DNA of 63,751 bases, counting the filler, from Bigelowiella natans CCMP2755 (lineage: Eukaryota; Protista; Cercozoa): the NCBI GenBank assembly GCA_000320545.1. It is 5 parts of 5 records of this genome, joined end to end, with 100 filler letters (N's around TTAATTAATTAA, not from the genome) between each part and the next. Parts side by side here need not be neighbours in the genome. Positions count along the whole stretch, not along the records: positions 37,023 to 63,751 come from ADNK01002289.1; 4 more parts are not named here. One strand, written 5' to 3'. Shown here in pieces: positions 61,511 to 63,751 of the stretch. The notes under the pieces are model-generated. The model saw only the letters and a program-made list of their open reading frames with translations. It made no database searches and was not told the origin of the DNA. Numbering within the stretch: position 1 is the first letter of the stretch; every line of letters starts with the position of its first letter. The translations under genes and the position numbers were made by a program.

Positions 61511-62050
61511 CTGAGTAACAACACAACTTGGTCAATTCCAATAAAAACCAGCATGGGAGGACAGTAGTTGCTGCTATGTTTGTATTAATTATAGTTAACA
61601 GCTTTGTTTCAATACTTCTTTGTCATCTGTGCCTAGTAGAAGACAAAATACGTAGTTCTAGCAAAGTTGATTAAATTATGGATGGAATGTGGAATAAAAG
61701 GTAAAAAGGAAATAAAATTTTGGTGTGTGCCTTCGAATGCCTGGGATGAGGAGGTAGTAGTAGTAGTAGTAGTAGTAGTAGTAATAGTAGCTTAAGAGGT
61801 GATGAATTTCTTTAGTCGTTTCACCATCGTGATCCATCCTACTAGGCTTCCATAAAAGTTGATGTTTTTTTACCATTTTCATGTTGTTCGCTGCTCACCC
61901 TAATGTGTTTTCCTTCTTCCTCATCGATATGCAATATAATCAATAAATAACAGACATGTGTGATAACGAATGATGACGCAAAGGTTGTTCAGCATCTTGG
62001 TGGCTTTTTATTAGATTTCTTTCTTTCTCTTGGGGTGGGGTGATAGGTGA

Positions 62051-62088
<38 letters not shown>

Positions 62089-62141
62089 CTAGGTGGATAG
62101 ATGATGGCTACTACTAACTCTATAGTCCCCAAATCATCTTC

Positions 62142-62218
<77 letters not shown>

Positions 62219-63751
62219 CATAGTTCTCTGTAACGGCCTTTGAAGGGATGAGCATCACAGGTTGTGGTTGTATAAAATACTATCAAACACACAGCAAAAG
62301 AGCCAATATCTCGCGGTTTTTCTAATTTTCGAAGATGGCCAGTTGCAGATTCTCGTTTATTGATATATCGTTAACATTACATATCTGATGTTTTACCTTC
62401 TTCTTGGATTTCTGGGCTATTACTTACTTACTTACTTACTACATTAGATGTTGCCAAGTTTGGAAGTGGGGAAAATGCACCGGTCTTGGGAGAATATCTG
62501 GATTGTGCGTGCAGGTCATTATTGTCCTAGTAATTCTTGTTTGTCTTGTGTTGCAGATGATGCTATTGCTGTGCAATGTAGACACCGATAACATTTCTTG
62601 CATATATAAAATTAATATACACATGCCAACTACTAGTAGTGATAGTAATAAATCGATGAAATAGTGATCTATGAGCGTCTCAAATAACATGGTATCAATT
62701 CTTCTTGGGATCTTAATATACATCGTTAGTCTAAATCACAATGTCAAAAGATTTAAGTTTCTGATTTTTTCTTGTATTTTTCCCCGCCAAATGCACGTGT
62801 CTTGGGTAGTGGTATTATGGCATGTTCTACATGTCAGGTAGTAATCTTCTTCAACTCTATATATCTGTATATATTGTATCTCTGAGAGGGGTGGTGGGAG
62901 AGCTGGGGCACTTTCATTGATGTCATCGTGGATAGTAATTTATCAACCAACACCTTTCAATTAGGAAAGTAGTTCTTTATTTGTGCCAATGAACAAATTT
63001 GAAAATCCAAAGAAATAATAGTCAATTGTAACGAATAAAATAACAGGTTGTTGTAGATAAGAAGTGGTTTGACATCGTGGGACATCCTGAGGAAGCAGAG
63101 CAGGACATGTTAGATTTGGCCTATAATCCCCAGTAATAATAACATGGCGACCATTTATATTTACGTACCAGTGCTGCATCTGAAATACAGTTATCTATCT
63201 GTTCTCAGGGAATCTTCACGTTTGGGGTGTCAGATTGTGCTAGGTTATTAATTCACGTAAAAGCATAAAGCAAACATATTCTTACTAAATGAGGCATATA
63301 TTTGAATGCATCTGTTAATTAGCGATTTCACATCTCAAATAGGTTCTACCATGGATGGTCTAGTACTAATGTTACCAAAAGGTCGTTGCATGCACAATGA
63401 TGAATGAATTCAAGTTTTTCTCATTCGTTTGTTGAATAAAATTTTAAACGCAGGTTCAAACAACATGATGGACAACATACCATTTGATGATTAAGTGCTG
63501 AGTTGGCCTTACTCGCCATTGTGTCCTGCACACATCGTGAAGTACATCCAATGTGCAGACATAGAGATTTCATCTCAGTGTGATCAACTGCCATGGTGTA
63601 GTTTCATGATGATTCATTGGCTACATTGTGATTGCTAGTTCAAGCTAAGAAGTTGGAAATGATCTCAGACTCGTCCATGTTGCTCTCAGCACCTGCTTGC
63701 CTGCTGGTCGAAGCACACAATTTGTCACCAATGTGAATGGTACCTGTGTTT

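Noticed and set aside
62330-63200. Possible further minus-strand exons
   Set aside because: Could not assemble a consistent frame or recognise a family.

Overview
Eukaryotic nuclear DNA from an intron-rich protist: GT-AG spliced genes, microsatellite-laden introns, and four artificial 100-nt gap spacers (N…TTAATTAATTAA…N). A signal peptide plus Arg-rich presequence hints at a chlorarachniophyte-like SAR alga, but this is tentative. Genes rebuilt by eye from exons: a TPR + GT37-like fucosyltransferase (partial), a TEDC2-like protein, an intronless Ser/Thr kinase, a DusA-type dihydrouridine synthase, a CX9C protein, a membrane protein, an N-acylated PKG-like kinase, a GH27 alpha-galactosidase (partial), VPS51 (partial), a Sec/Cys-less Rdx (SelW-like) protein, a ZUP1-like fragment, a soluble pyrophosphatase and a large PH-(cNMP)x3-RGS protein. 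The most striking signal is non-genic. Some tracts have lost almost every TpA dinucleotide except inside CTAG (36445-36922, 57005-59103; weaker in several intergenic zones), and copies of a local repeat differ by TA>TG/CA transitions. This suggests a RIP-like, context-specific A>G hypermutation process. A second pattern is polarised complementary (GTA)n…(TAC)n microsatellites at intron ends. All exon boundaries and counts are manual.
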